DNA from: an uncultured Flavobacterium sp.
Lineage (GTDB): Bacteria; Bacteroidota; Bacteroidia; Flavobacteriales; Flavobacteriaceae
NCBI GenBank assembly: GCA_964643105.1
Contig: CAZXPF010000007.1
Coordinates: 6,674 to 70,673 of the forward strand
DNA length: 64,000 nucleotides
Direction of reading: 5' to 3'
The position numbers and the translations under genes were made by a program. Shown in pieces: positions 10,985-21,632 of the stretch. The number at the start of each line of letters is the position of its first letter. Within the stretch, counting starts at the first letter, position 1. The notes beneath the pieces were generated by a model that saw only the letters and a program-made list of their open reading frames with translations, made no database searches and was not told where the DNA came from.

Positions 10985-12742
10985 TTAAAAATCAAACTTA
11001 TAATTTGCACCAATCATCACTTGAATGCCTTGTACGGGAAAATTCATCCATCTTTCATAGTTTTGATTGGCTAAATTATTTCCTTTCAAGAAAGCTGTTA
11101 ATCGCTCATTATATTTATAACCTATATGTGCATTTAAGTCAAAATAACTATCTAATGTAACCGTTTGTGTATCGTAAATAGGTGGAAATACTGATGCAAC
11201 ACTTGGGACTAATACTTGATCTTTTCTATCTCCAACAAAAAATACTTTTGCTCCAGCGTACCATTTTTCTGTAATCGTAAGATCAACTGTTGAAGCTAAT
11301 TCAAATTGAGGTAAATTCCATGCTTCTTGTTCTTGATCTGTTGAATAATTATTGTAGGTTCCATTGATTCCAAAAGATACATTTTTTGAAAAATCAGCTT
11401 TTAATTCTGCGAAACCTGAAATTGTTTTTACATTATCATAAGCTAGGTTGAATGAGTTTCCAAAAGCATAACCTTCTGTGTTTGCCAGAAAAGGGTCATA
11501 TGAATTGCTCTTGAATAAAGGTTTTGCTTCTTCGTCTTTATAGGATGCTCTTACATTAAAAGAAACTGTATTTGATAATTTTCCATTTAAACCTCCGTAA
11601 ATATCATATTTTTGATTGGTTGGAGATATAAAAAGTGTTGGTGACACAAATGGATTTACATCAACAAAATCAGCATAAGAATTTTGGTGTAAGGTTCCTT
11701 CAGCTCCAGCATAAAGGGTTAAAATTTCTGGAACTAATTTATATGAACCTTTTATATTGGGATAAATAAATAATTTACTATCTGAGTTTCCATCTAATTT
11801 TTGAGTACTGTAAAAAACTGAAGCTCCAAATTGAACGGAATAATCATCGTCTTGCATCAGAATTGAAGGACTTGCTCCAAAATTTATGTTACTATATTTG
11901 AATGAGTTATCTGATAAAAATGTTCTTTCAAAACTTCCTCCAACATAATCTACAATTACATCAAAATTTACTTTTGTGTTCATTATTTCAAATGAGGTTT
12001 CTGGCTTAACATAAAATCGGTTTTCACCTGAATCAAAAGCATCTGAAAAACGTTTGAATAGTAATGATGAATTATCTAGAAAACCATCTCTCATTCCTAA
12101 TCTTCCTCCTAGTTTAATAGTATTGTATGATTGTTTTTCTGAAATATTTTCAATAATTGATGTTTCTTCAAAAGAAACGCTTGTAACTGGCAAACCATAC
12201 CAATTGCTAACTTGATTTTTATAGCCTAAATCAACATTATAGTGTAAATCTTTATCGCGACTTCCATAAGTTACATCTGCACTTGTTGTGGCAAATTGGT
12301 TATCTAAAAGCACTCCATCAATATCTCCTTGTGAAGATAAATGACGAATCATACCTCCAACATATTCGCTGTTGCTAATATCTTCTGTAATGAATAATTC
12401 TGCATTTAGGGTTAGATAGTTCCCTAAACCTAATGTTGCATAATTTTTATATAGCTTTTCTCTTTTTGCTTTTTCTACATCAGCGGCTCTTCCTTTGGCT
12501 GGTGTAAAGGTTGATGCTACTGGAAAAGAAAAAATAGAATATTCAATTTTCTCTTTTTGTATTTCTACATCATCTTCAAAGGTTGGAGTCTCTTTTACTT
12601 TGAAGGCATCTGAGATTGTTGGACTATAGGGTTTCACGATGTTCACTACTTCTGAACCAATATTTTCGTCTTTCTTTTGAGCAAATGTTAGCTGAAAGGA
12701 AGCTAATATTGTTACTAGAATTATATTTTTAAGATTTCTCAT
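10985..12742 (-). CDS. Large outer-membrane beta-barrel protein (putative porin-like), function unknown
   Basis: 585 aa. Signal peptide ...FAQ, pervasive beta-strand periodicity, C-terminal ...GANYKFDF. Confidence 0.6.
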   Translation of the reverse strand: MRNLKNIILVTILASFQLTFAQKKDENIGSEVVNIVKPYSPTISDAFKVKETPTFEDDVEIQKEKIEYSIFSFPVASTFTPAKGRAADVEKAKREKLYKNYATLGLGNYLTLNAELFITEDISNSEYVGGMIRHLSSQGDIDGVLLDNQFATTSADVTYGSRDKDLHYNVDLGYKNQVSNWYGLPVTSVSFEETSIIENISEKQSYNTIKLGGRLGMRDGFLDNSSLLFKRFSDAFDSGENRFYVKPETSFEIMNTKVNFDVIVDYVGGSFERTFLSDNSFKYSNINFGASPSILMQDDDYSVQFGASVFYSTQKLDGNSDSKLFIYPNIKGSYKLVPEILTLYAGAEGTLHQNSYADFVDVNPFVSPTLFISPTNQKYDIYGGLNGKLSNTVSFNVRASYKDEEAKPLFKSNSYDPFLANTEGYAFGNSFNLAYDNVKTISGFAELKADFSKNVSFGINGTYNNYSTDQEQEAWNLPQFELASTVDLTITEKWYAGAKVFFVGDRKDQVLVPSVASVFPPIYDTQTVTLDSYFDLNAHIGYKYNERLTAFLKGNNLANQNYERWMNFPVQGIQVMIGANYKFDF

Positions 12743-12795
12743 TTTCTATTTATTTTAGGTACTGAAAAAAATCAGTAGGACAACCTTTATTTGTA

Positions 12796-15700
12796 TTACT
12801 CTTGGATTGATGAATTGCGTTTAGCTTCTTCCGTTTTAATTTTATTTAACTCGTCTGTTGCTTCAGTTACTACATCTTCATATTGTGCATAATTTTCGAT
12901 TACGCTTTCTAAAATTGCGGTAGCTTGGAAACTGTCGTTTAATTTGTAGAAGTTTTTTGCCATAATTACTAAACTTTTAGCAGCAAAATATTCGTATCCT
13001 GAATAATCTTTAGCATATTTTTCAACTACTTTGTTGGAATCTGCATATTTTCCTTCTTTGTTTTTGAAATAGGCATCATAGTATAAGGCTTCAGCTGCTA
13101 GCTCTCCTTTTGCTATTTTTTGTAGGTTTTGGTATGCTATTTTTGCTTTGTCTTCATTGCCTGTTTTCATAGCAGAACGAGCTACTATAATTTGGGCATC
13201 ACTTTTAACAACGTTTTCAATTTTGTCGTTTGCTAAAACTTTATCCGCATAAGTTACAGCATTTGCATAATCTTTTTTCTCATAATAAGACTTCATTAAG
13301 TTTGATTGTGCAAACGTTACGTTTTGCGGAAAATCTGCTTCTACTTCTAAACGTTTTAAAACTGGAATAGCTTTATCAAAAGATTTTCCCTTTAAGTACA
13401 CTTGTCCTAAACGTGCAAGTGCTTGTTCGGTGAATTCACTTCTAGGTTGGTTGATAACAAATTCATAATGCTTGATGGAATTGTTTTCTAAACCATCAGC
13501 ATAATAAAGTTGAGCCAAATAAAAATTAGCTTTCAAAGCGTGAAGACCATTTGGAAAACTTCCCAAATATGCAGTGAATCCTGAAACAGCCTGCTTGGTA
13601 TTGTTCATTAGGTATTGCTTTTCTGCTGATTCATAAGTTGTGTTATCTAAATCTGCATTGGATACTTCAATAAAATTTAAGGTTTTTACCCAAGCAGCAT
13701 ACTCATCTACTCTTCCGTTGTCAATGTAAATTAATCTAGCCGTTGAAACCGCTTCTAGTGCTTCTGGTGAATTGGGAAAATCAGCTGCTACTTTCTTGAA
13801 TTTTGTGATAGCTAAATCTTCTTTTCCGTTATTGTAATTAATTAATCCTTGTTTTAGAATGGCTTTTGCTAAATAGGAGCTTGACTTATAATTATTGATT
13901 AATTTATCAAAAGTTTGAATGGCTTTATCTTCCTGATTTTCGATTACATAGGTATTTCCTAATTCATAAAGTGCATCATCAGCATATTGTGAAGTTGCGA
14001 AAAGTTGTCCGAACTTGATTAAATCTTCAATTTTTCTATCATTTTTACCTACAAATCCATAACTGATTCCTTTTTGATAAGCTGCGTAATCGGCATCTTT
14101 ACTTTTGAGTTCCATCACTTTATTGTAAGCATCCATAGCTGGCCAATATTTAGCTGAAATAAAATTACAATCTCCTAAACGTAAATAAGCATCTGTTAAT
14201 CTTACTTTATCATTTTTGTTCTTGGCTATATAATCTCCGAAACTTTTGATGGCGTTATCGTATTCTTTCAACTTAAAATAAGTATATCCCAAATTGTAAT
14301 CTATATTTGTATTTTCTGGTGTAGTTGCTGCTGCACTGCTATTTTGGAATTGTTTGAACGTAATTTTTGCTTCTTGAAATTGGTCTAAGTTGTATTCTGT
14401 TTCTGCCTTCCAAAACAAAGCTCTTGCAGTAAATTTTGGGTCTTTATTTTCTGTAATTGCTTTTTTAAACAATCCTAAAGCTTGTGCATTGTCTCCATCA
14501 GTATATACTTCTAGACCTCTATAAAAATTAGCTAATTGATAAGCTTGTCGATTTTCAGGAGATTTGTTTTTTTCCAACAAAACTAATGCATCTTTATAAT
14601 TTTTTGAAGTTATATAAGAGCTAATTAAAAGGTTATTAATCTCTTGTTTGTATGATGAATTTGGATATTTAGTCAAATAAGCTTGTAAAACTTCTGGTGT
14701 ACTTTTGAATGAATTTCCAATTTCATAACTCAACTTAGCATAGTTCAAATAAGCATCTTCTTGAATTTTCACATCAAAATCCATTTCAGAAGCTGTTTTA
14801 AAGGCTGTTAATGCTTGGTTTTTCTTACCTGTATTCAAGTAACATTCTGCTAAATGATAATAGGCATTTTGAGCTACTGCATCATTTCCTCCAATGATTT
14901 TATTGAATTGAGAAATAGCTTTTTCGTAATCCTTTTGTTGGTAATACGCATAACCCAATTGGTAATAATCGGTATTGTTCCATTTTCCTTTTTTACCGTT
15001 ATAATCTTCTAGATACGGAATAGCTTTGTCATATTGCTTTAAATTAAAATAACTCTCACCTATGATTTTGGACAATTCACTCTTATCAATTCCTCTTGAT
15101 TTTGGCATTTGTTCTAACCCTAAATCTATGGCTTTCTGGAAATTTCCCAATTTGAAATTCATATCTGCTTGGAAGTAACCCATTTTTTCTTTGTATCTAT
15201 CTTGATCTGAAACTTTATCAAAATAATCATTGGCTTGTTTGTAATCATCTGTTTCATAAGCCAAATAACCCAAATAATATTTAGCTTGATTGCCAAATTC
15301 TTTAGAATTAACTACTTTATTAAAATAATTGGTTGCTTCTTTTACATTTTTTGCAGTGAAATAGGCATATCCTTTTTGAAAATTGAATTTTTCTCTCTCT
15401 GTATTAGTTAGTCCATTTTCGTTTACTTTATCAAAATATTTCAGTGCTTGTGGATAATTACTTTGGTCAAAATAATAATGAGCTACTTCAATATAGGCTT
15501 GATTTTGTTTGGTACTGGTTGGATAGTTTTCCACAAAATCCTCCATTAATTGATCTGCTCCTGTTTGGTTTAAACGAATAGCACAATTGGCAATATAATA
15601 AGCACAATCCGCTTTTACATCAGAACTCAAATCAGAATTAATTACCTTATCAAAAATAATTTGAGCGGATTGATATTGTTTGTCTTTGTACAAAGCTACA

Positions 15701-15810
15701 GCTCTATCAAATTCTTTTAAATCATGTGAATAGATAGCTGATTGCTGAGCTGTAACAAAAATCGTCTGAAAGAAAAGAAAGATGTAAAAAAGGTGTTTTG
15801 TAAGCTTCAT
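12796..15810 (-). CDS. Secreted tetratricopeptide-repeat protein (about 1000 aa)
   Basis: 1004 aa with a signal peptide ...VTAQQ. Many A/Y/L-pattern TPR units along the whole length. Confidence 0.75.
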   Translation of the reverse strand: MKLTKHLFYIFLFFQTIFVTAQQSAIYSHDLKEFDRAVALYKDKQYQSAQIIFDKVINSDLSSDVKADCAYYIANCAIRLNQTGADQLMEDFVENYPTSTKQNQAYIEVAHYYFDQSNYPQALKYFDKVNENGLTNTEREKFNFQKGYAYFTAKNVKEATNYFNKVVNSKEFGNQAKYYLGYLAYETDDYKQANDYFDKVSDQDRYKEKMGYFQADMNFKLGNFQKAIDLGLEQMPKSRGIDKSELSKIIGESYFNLKQYDKAIPYLEDYNGKKGKWNNTDYYQLGYAYYQQKDYEKAISQFNKIIGGNDAVAQNAYYHLAECYLNTGKKNQALTAFKTASEMDFDVKIQEDAYLNYAKLSYEIGNSFKSTPEVLQAYLTKYPNSSYKQEINNLLISSYITSKNYKDALVLLEKNKSPENRQAYQLANFYRGLEVYTDGDNAQALGLFKKAITENKDPKFTARALFWKAETEYNLDQFQEAKITFKQFQNSSAAATTPENTNIDYNLGYTYFKLKEYDNAIKSFGDYIAKNKNDKVRLTDAYLRLGDCNFISAKYWPAMDAYNKVMELKSKDADYAAYQKGISYGFVGKNDRKIEDLIKFGQLFATSQYADDALYELGNTYVIENQEDKAIQTFDKLINNYKSSSYLAKAILKQGLINYNNGKEDLAITKFKKVAADFPNSPEALEAVSTARLIYIDNGRVDEYAAWVKTLNFIEVSNADLDNTTYESAEKQYLMNNTKQAVSGFTAYLGSFPNGLHALKANFYLAQLYYADGLENNSIKHYEFVINQPRSEFTEQALARLGQVYLKGKSFDKAIPVLKRLEVEADFPQNVTFAQSNLMKSYYEKKDYANAVTYADKVLANDKIENVVKSDAQIIVARSAMKTGNEDKAKIAYQNLQKIAKGELAAEALYYDAYFKNKEGKYADSNKVVEKYAKDYSGYEYFAAKSLVIMAKNFYKLNDSFQATAILESVIENYAQYEDVVTEATDELNKIKTEEAKRNSSIQE

Positions 15811-16097
15811 TTTAATCTGATTTTAGAATCTCAAATATAAGTTATATATGAGTACTAACGAGTGAATACTGTTTTATATTGTGAACAAGGTTTTAAACAA
15901 ATTCAAAAAAAGCAACTATTTAAAATCCCTAATTCCAACAAAGAATAAATTGCACAGCAGGTTAAATCACAAATCGCTTTTAGTTTCATAAAACTTGTTA
16001 AAAAAAGTCAATTTAATAGGTAAAACGAATTCCTCAATAATATTTTGAATAGAACTTTACTATGCTTACTTTTACACAATAAATCTTTTTTAACATC

Positions 16098-16781
16098 ATG
16101 GCAGAAGCAATCCTTACGCTACAAGACGCAGCAATTTATCAAGAAAACAACAAGGTTCTATCCAATGTAAACTTAGAAGTTAAACGTGGTGAATTTATTT
16201 ATTTAATTGGAAAAACTGGTGCTGGAAAAAGTAGTTTTTTAAAAACGCTTTATGGTGATTTATCTTTATTGGAAGGTGAAGGAAGCATTGTTGATTATAA
16301 TTTAAGAGCCTTAAAAGAAAAGGACATTCCCTATTTAAGAAGAAAATTAGGGGTTGTTTTTCAAGATTTTAAATTATTGCCTGACAGAAGTATTAGGGAA
16401 AATTTATTATTTGTTTTAAAAGCAACAGGTTGGAAGGAAAAAGCCGAAATGGATTTAAAAATAGATGAAGTTTTGGATAAAGTGGGTATGAAAATGCAAG
16501 CCCACAAAATGCCTCATCAAATTTCTGGTGGCGAACAGCAACGTGTGGCTATTGCAAGAGCTTTATTGAATGACCCAGAACTTATTTTAGCGGATGAACC
16601 AACAGGAAATCTTGATCCACAGACTTCGGTGGAAGTCATGAATGTTTTAAAAAAGATCAATGAAAACGGCAAAACTATCTTGATGGCCACACATGATTAT
16701 GCTTTAATCATGAAATTTCCTTCAAAGACCTTGAAATGTGAAGACAGTACTATTTTTGAAGTGGTGCAGCGAACCGTTTAG
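16098..16781 (+). CDS. ftsE: FtsE-like ABC ATP-binding protein
   Basis: 227 aa. Walker [10 protein letters not shown], signature [15 protein letters not shown], Walker [13 protein letters not shown]. Confidence 0.8.
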   Translation: MAEAILTLQDAAIYQENNKVLSNVNLEVKRGEFIYLIGKTGAGKSSFLKTLYGDLSLLEGEGSIVDYNLRALKEKDIPYLRRKLGVVFQDFKLLPDRSIRENLLFVLKATGWKEKAEMDLKIDEVLDKVGMKMQAHKMPHQISGGEQQRVAIARALLNDPELILADEPTGNLDPQTSVEVMNVLKKINENGKTILMATHDYALIMKFPSKTLKCEDSTIFEVVQRTV

Positions 16782-16800
16782 GGTTTAAAAGATTTTTATT

Positions 16801-17901
16801 TTGAAAAAATCACAAACAATCGTCATATCAGGCATTAATGTAGTAGATAGTGGTATTCACTCTATCATGAATGATTGTTTGCAACAATTAGAGCAATATA
16901 TTTTGGGTAAAAACATAAAAATTATTGCCTTAGTTCACAATAAAGATTTATTTTCTGTTCCGAGTGTTACTTACATTGAGTTTCCTAAATCAAAGAAATC
17001 TTGGTTTTTGAGGTTATATTATGAATATTTTTATTTCAAAAAATTATCTAAAAAACTGGATGTTGATGTTTGGTTTTCCATGCATGATATTTCTCCAAAT
17101 GTTGTAGCCAAAAAGAAATTTGTGTATTGTCACAATCCTTCTCCATTTTACAAATTAAATGCTAAAGAATGGTTTTATGGTTTTAAGATTGGATTATTTT
17201 CAACGTTCTATAAATTTCTATATCAAATCAACATTAAATCAAATACGGCTGTATTTGTGCAACAACACTGGATTAAAGAAAGGTTTGAAAAATGGTTTTC
17301 CCTACAAAATTGTAAAGTTGCTTTTCCATTAACTTCTGTTAAAACAGACAAGAAGTCAATCCTATTAAATCCTAATAAAATTCACTTTTTTTATCCTAGT
17401 TTTCCTAAGATGTTTAAAAATTTTGAATGCATAGGTGATGCTGTTTTACTTTTACCCAAAGAAATTCAGGACAAAATTGAGATTCATTTAACTATTTCTG
17501 GAAAAGATAATTGCTATGCTAAATTTCTTTATAAAAAATACAGCCAATGTAAATCCATAAACTTCATTGGAAAGCTTAATCGAAATGAAGTTGCTGGCTA
17601 TTATGACAACATGGATGCGTTAGTTTTTCCTTCCAAACTAGAAACTTGGGGTTTGCCTTTGACAGAAACAAAAGAGTTTGATAAGCCCATTTTTGCTTCA
17701 AAGTTGCCTTATGCTATTGAAACTATTGGTAATTATGATAAGATTGCCTTTTTTAATCCAACAAAACCTGAAGAATTGGCTCAAAAAATGACTTCTTTTA
17801 TTGAAAATAAATTAGTTTTTGATTTGACTCAAGTTTCAAATAAACCCGATTTTTTAGGTTGGAATTCCATTTTTGATTTTATATTTACGGATAATTCATA
17901 A
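16801..17901 (+). CDS. Glycosyltransferase, GT-B fold (family 1/4-like)
   Basis: 366 aa with a TTG start. C-terminal ...FPSKLETWGLPLTE resembles the GT4 E-x7-E region. Confidence 0.7.
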   Translation: MKKSQTIVISGINVVDSGIHSIMNDCLQQLEQYILGKNIKIIALVHNKDLFSVPSVTYIEFPKSKKSWFLRLYYEYFYFKKLSKKLDVDVWFSMHDISPNVVAKKKFVYCHNPSPFYKLNAKEWFYGFKIGLFSTFYKFLYQINIKSNTAVFVQQHWIKERFEKWFSLQNCKVAFPLTSVKTDKKSILLNPNKIHFFYPSFPKMFKNFECIGDAVLLLPKEIQDKIEIHLTISGKDNCYAKFLYKKYSQCKSINFIGKLNRNEVAGYYDNMDALVFPSKLETWGLPLTETKEFDKPIFASKLPYAIETIGNYDKIAFFNPTKPEELAQKMTSFIENKLVFDLTQVSNKPDFLGWNSIFDFIFTDNS

Positions 17902-17904
17902 GTT

Positions 17905-18849
17905 ATGCCATTTTTTTCAGTAATAATTCCGTTGTACAACAAACAAAATTATGTTGAAAATGCTCTAAATAGTATTCTCAATCAGACTTTTACGGACTAT
18001 GAAATTATTATTGTTAATGATTGCTCAACAGACAAAAGTATTGCAAAAATTGAATCGTATTTGTCTGAAAAAATTACTTTAATTCATCATGAAAAGAATC
18101 AAGGTTTATCTGCTACAAGGAATACTGGTATTAAAAATGCAAAAGCGGATTATGTTACTTATTTGGATGCTGATGACTTATGGAAACCAACTTTCTTAGA
18201 AACTATTCATCGCTTAATTGTAAATTTTCCAGAAGCTAAAATATTTGGTACTAATTATGAAGAAATATATGGTGATAAAATCTTAAAACCATTTAATAAT
18301 TCAGATACTTTAGCCGATGATTTTGAAGGAATAATTGACTTTTTCAAAATCAATATTAAGCAAGGGATTTACAATCATGGTTCGGTTTGTTTTCATAAAG
18401 CTGTTTTTGAAAAAGTAGGGTTATATGATGAAAAGATAAATTTTTCTGAAGATATAGATTTCAATATTAGAGCAAATTCTTATTTCAATTTGGCTTATTG
18501 TAATACTATTGGAATGAGATATACAATGCAATCTGAAAATCAAATTACAACCTCAAGAATTTCAGATAAAACGCTACCTGATTATAGCAAATATGAAGAT
18601 TTGGCTTTAAAAAATCCTGATTTAAAAAAATATCTAGATTTTGAACGTTATGTTTTAGCCAAACATTTAAAACTTGAAGGAAATAAAGAAAAAAGTAAAG
18701 CAATTATCAAACAAATTGACATGAAAAATCTGAATTTTAAACAACAGTTTTTATTGCTTTTTCCTACTACAACAGTAAAATTAATCTCAAATTTTAAAAA
18801 GTTTTTGGTAAAAAAAGGAATAAAGCTCTCTACTTATTCAAATAAGTGA
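17905..18849 (+). CDS. Glycosyltransferase family 2
   Basis: FSVIIPLYNKQNYVENALNSILNQTFTDYEIIIVNDCSTD and a DADD motif. Confidence 0.85.
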   Translation: MPFFSVIIPLYNKQNYVENALNSILNQTFTDYEIIIVNDCSTDKSIAKIESYLSEKITLIHHEKNQGLSATRNTGIKNAKADYVTYLDADDLWKPTFLETIHRLIVNFPEAKIFGTNYEEIYGDKILKPFNNSDTLADDFEGIIDFFKINIKQGIYNHGSVCFHKAVFEKVGLYDEKINFSEDIDFNIRANSYFNLAYCNTIGMRYTMQSENQITTSRISDKTLPDYSKYEDLALKNPDLKKYLDFERYVLAKHLKLEGNKEKSKAIIKQIDMKNLNFKQQFLLLFPTTTVKLISNFKKFLVKKGIKLSTYSNK

Positions 18850-19225
18850 CAAACTCATCAAAATTTCTGATGTAATCTTCTTCCAAAAAAACATCTGAAT
18901 TTAACACCAAACAAACTGCTCCTGAGGAAAAATTATCCAATTCTCTCCAAACATTGGTTTTTATAAGTAAACCTTTATCTGGTTTATTTAATGTCACTTT
19001 TTGAGTAGATTTTCCATCGTTTAAAACCACATCAAAACTTCCTGATAAGGCTACTAAGAATTCTATTTGCTCTTTATGAGCGTGTCCACCTCGTTGAGCG
19101 GAACTTGGTACATCATACAAATAGTAAACGCGTTTGATTTCAAAAGGGACTACTTCTTTTTCTATGATGGCTAAATTTCCTCTGTAATCTTCTACTTTCG
19201 GAATATCTATTATTTCTATGTTCAT
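18830..19225 (-). CDS. fdtA: Sugar 3,4-ketoisomerase, FdtA/WxcM-like cupin
   Basis: 131 aa. ...DYRGNL...RVYYLYDVP...RGGHAHK... is a typical FdtA/QdtA cupin signature. Its 3' end overlaps the convergent GT2 gene by 20 nt. Confidence 0.75.
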   Translation of the reverse strand: MNIEIIDIPKVEDYRGNLAIIEKEVVPFEIKRVYYLYDVPSSAQRGGHAHKEQIEFLVALSGSFDVVLNDGKSTQKVTLNKPDKGLLIKTNVWRELDNFSSGAVCLVLNSDVFLEEDYIRNFDEFVTYLNK

Positions 19226-20325
19226 TGTTTTAATTCATTAAAAAGGTGTAGCCATTGTTTTCCAATGTTCTCCAAAGAAAAGCATTCAACGGAACTTTTA
19301 GCATTTTGTTTGCAGCGTAAATATAATTCTTTATTTGAAATCATTTCATTCATGGCTTTAGTCATTTCTAATTTATTTTGATTTTCGACTAAAATTCCGT
19401 TTTCATTTGGAATAATAATTTCACTTGGACCAGATTTTAAATCATATGAAATAACTGGTGTTTCACAAGCTAATGACTCTAACAAAACCATTGGAAAACC
19501 TTCATATTTACTGGTCATAATAGTAAACAATGCTTTTGAATAATACGCAAAAGGATTTAATACATTTCCTAAAAAAACTACATTCTCTTCTTGATGAAGT
19601 GATTTTGCAAGTTCTTGCCATTTTTGTTTCAGTCTTCCTTCTCCTAATATAACTAATTTTATATTTTGCAATGGTAGATTAGAATTAGCATAACTTTCAA
19701 TCAAATGATCAAACTGTTTGACATTATCTTCCATTCTTCCAATTCCTAAAATGTATTTAAAATCTAAATTATTCTCTTGGAGTCTTAATTTTTCAATAGT
19801 TAAGAAATCAATGGGATTGTAAATTTGACTCAACTTCTTGAATAAATGGTTCTTTTCTACCTTATTTTGAATTTCATTTGAAACCGAAACCAGTTGAATA
19901 GCATTTTTATATAATTGTTTGGCTAAAAATTTGTTTTTAGGAACATAACTTTCAATTTTATTACTGTGTATGGTTTGAATAAACTTTTTATAAATAAAGG
20001 TATGGATGATAAATTCTTGAAAATAGAATTCTTTGACTCTAAAATCTATGATAATATCAAATTGTTGTTGCTTGAAATAATTTCTCAAAGCGACAAATCG
20101 TTTGAAACGACTAACTAAAGTATTTTTAGTATCTTTTAGCGTTTCTAGGTGTAAAAGTACGCCCGAATATTCATATACAATTGAACCCGCAAAAACTACA
20201 TGATGCACCTCATAACCCTGATTTACAAAGTAATTTGACAAAGATGCTGCAGAACGCTCTGCTCCACCTCCTGAAAGGGAAACAGTTGTTAAACAGATTT
20301 TTAAAGGTTTATTATTTTGATTCAA
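19222..20325 (-). CDS. Glycosyltransferase family 4
   Basis: 367 aa. N-terminal SLSGGGAERS motif, C-terminal EGFPMVLLESLACETPVIS. TTG is the only possible start: the upstream in-frame codons are ATA then a stop. Confidence 0.85.
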   Translation of the reverse strand: MNQNNKPLKICLTTVSLSGGGAERSAASLSNYFVNQGYEVHHVVFAGSIVYEYSGVLLHLETLKDTKNTLVSRFKRFVALRNYFKQQQFDIIIDFRVKEFYFQEFIIHTFIYKKFIQTIHSNKIESYVPKNKFLAKQLYKNAIQLVSVSNEIQNKVEKNHLFKKLSQIYNPIDFLTIEKLRLQENNLDFKYILGIGRMEDNVKQFDHLIESYANSNLPLQNIKLVILGEGRLKQKWQELAKSLHQEENVVFLGNVLNPFAYYSKALFTIMTSKYEGFPMVLLESLACETPVISYDLKSGPSEIIIPNENGILVENQNKLEMTKAMNEMISNKELYLRCKQNAKSSVECFSLENIGKQWLHLFNELKQ

Positions 20326-20479
20326 TTATTTACAGGTTGTTTTAGAAAGTAATATCAATAAGTACAAAGTAACTCAAAAAATTAATCTCAATAACAAATT
20401 CCAAATCTAAAAATCTAAAATCGTTACTCATCCATCTTAAATTTTATGTATTTTAGCAAATGTAAAATAAAAGTTTTAA

Positions 20480-21631
20480 ATGCGAATAGCACTAGTTGGA
20501 GAGTTTAGTCGGTTACACAATTCTTTGAAAGAAGGTTTAGTAGCTTTAGGCCATGAGGTTGTATTATTTAACAATGGAGATGGCTTTAAAAACTATCCTT
20601 CTGATTATTCTAATCGTGCAGTTTGGTGTGAAAGCAAATTAGGCAATATTCCACGACAACTTATTTATAGACTTACCCAATTTGACATTTCTAAAATTGA
20701 ACGTGGCATTCGTTTTTATTTTCATTTGAATAAGTTAAAAAATTTTGATGTTGTTCAGTTGATTAATGAAGCACCTATTCAAACGATTCAAAAATTAGAG
20801 TTCTATTTGCTCAAAAAAATATTTAGGCAGAATAAAAGAGTGTTTCTTCTTTGTAGTGGTGTTGATTACGTTACTTTAAATCATATGCTTCAAAAAAAAG
20901 AAAGATATTCTATAATGAATCCATACTTCGAAAAAGTTAATGAAGCGAAAGAACAGTATATTTTTATGTTTGATTATCTGACCAAAACACATCAAAAAAT
21001 TCATCGTTTTTTATATAAAAATATATCAGGTGTTCTTGCTACAGATTTAGATTACGTAAATCCATTGAAAGAAAACCCGAAATATATTGGAATTATTCCA
21101 AATCCAATAAATCTAACCCAAATTGAACATAAAGAACTCCAAATTACAGATAAAATCAATATTTTTTTAGGAATCAATTCTGGAAATTCATTTAAAAAAG
21201 GAATTCATTTTTTTGAAAAAGCTTTAGAAATTATTGCTGAAAAATATAAAGAAAAAGTCAATATTCAAATCACTACAAACATTCCTTATAAAGAATATAT
21301 TTCTATTTATAATGATTGCCATATATTGTTAGACCAAGTTTATGGTTATGATCAAGGTTATAATGCTTTAGAAGCGATGGCAAAAGGTAAGGTGGTATTC
21401 ACTGGTGCTGATAAAGAATTTTTAGAATATTACAATCTAAAAGAAGATGAAGTAGCTATCAATGCTTTGCCTGATGTAGATTATTTAGTAGAAAAACTCT
21501 CTTATTTGATTGAAAACCCTTCAAAACTAATTGAAATTGGTAAACATGCAAGTGAATTTATAAAGAGAGAGCATGATTATATCAAAATTGCTGAGTATTA
21601 CATTGATACATGGAATTCAATAAAAAGCTAA
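20480..21631 (+). CDS. Glycosyltransferase-like protein (GT-B fold)
   Basis: 383 aa. The C-terminal half (...YGYDQGYNALEAMAKGKVVFTG...) resembles a GT1-type nucleotide-sugar binding domain. The N-half is divergent. Confidence 0.5.
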   Translation: MRIALVGEFSRLHNSLKEGLVALGHEVVLFNNGDGFKNYPSDYSNRAVWCESKLGNIPRQLIYRLTQFDISKIERGIRFYFHLNKLKNFDVVQLINEAPIQTIQKLEFYLLKKIFRQNKRVFLLCSGVDYVTLNHMLQKKERYSIMNPYFEKVNEAKEQYIFMFDYLTKTHQKIHRFLYKNISGVLATDLDYVNPLKENPKYIGIIPNPINLTQIEHKELQITDKINIFLGINSGNSFKKGIHFFEKALEIIAEKYKEKVNIQITTNIPYKEYISIYNDCHILLDQVYGYDQGYNALEAMAKGKVVFTGADKEFLEYYNLKEDEVAINALPDVDYLVEKLSYLIENPSKLIEIGKHASEFIKREHDYIKIAEYYIDTWNSIKS

Positions 21632-21632
21632 A

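Noticed and set aside
10903-11160. 85-aa + strand ORF spanning the greA-like / barrel intergenic region
   Set aside because: It runs through a strong minus-strand terminator (10930-10965) and into the 3' end of the barrel gene, and its sequence is low-complexity.
12796-15810. The TPR protein as SprE/PorW of the T9SS
   Set aside because: There is no lipobox cysteine; the signal peptide ends ...VTAQQ. Nothing else is specific, so it is left as a generic TPR protein.
15811-16097. The 287-bp divergent AT-rich spacer at the switch from minus- to plus-strand genes as a possible oriC
   Set aside because: I saw no clustered DnaA boxes (TTATCCACA-like) and no dnaA or dnaN nearby. A divergent promoter region is the simpler explanation.
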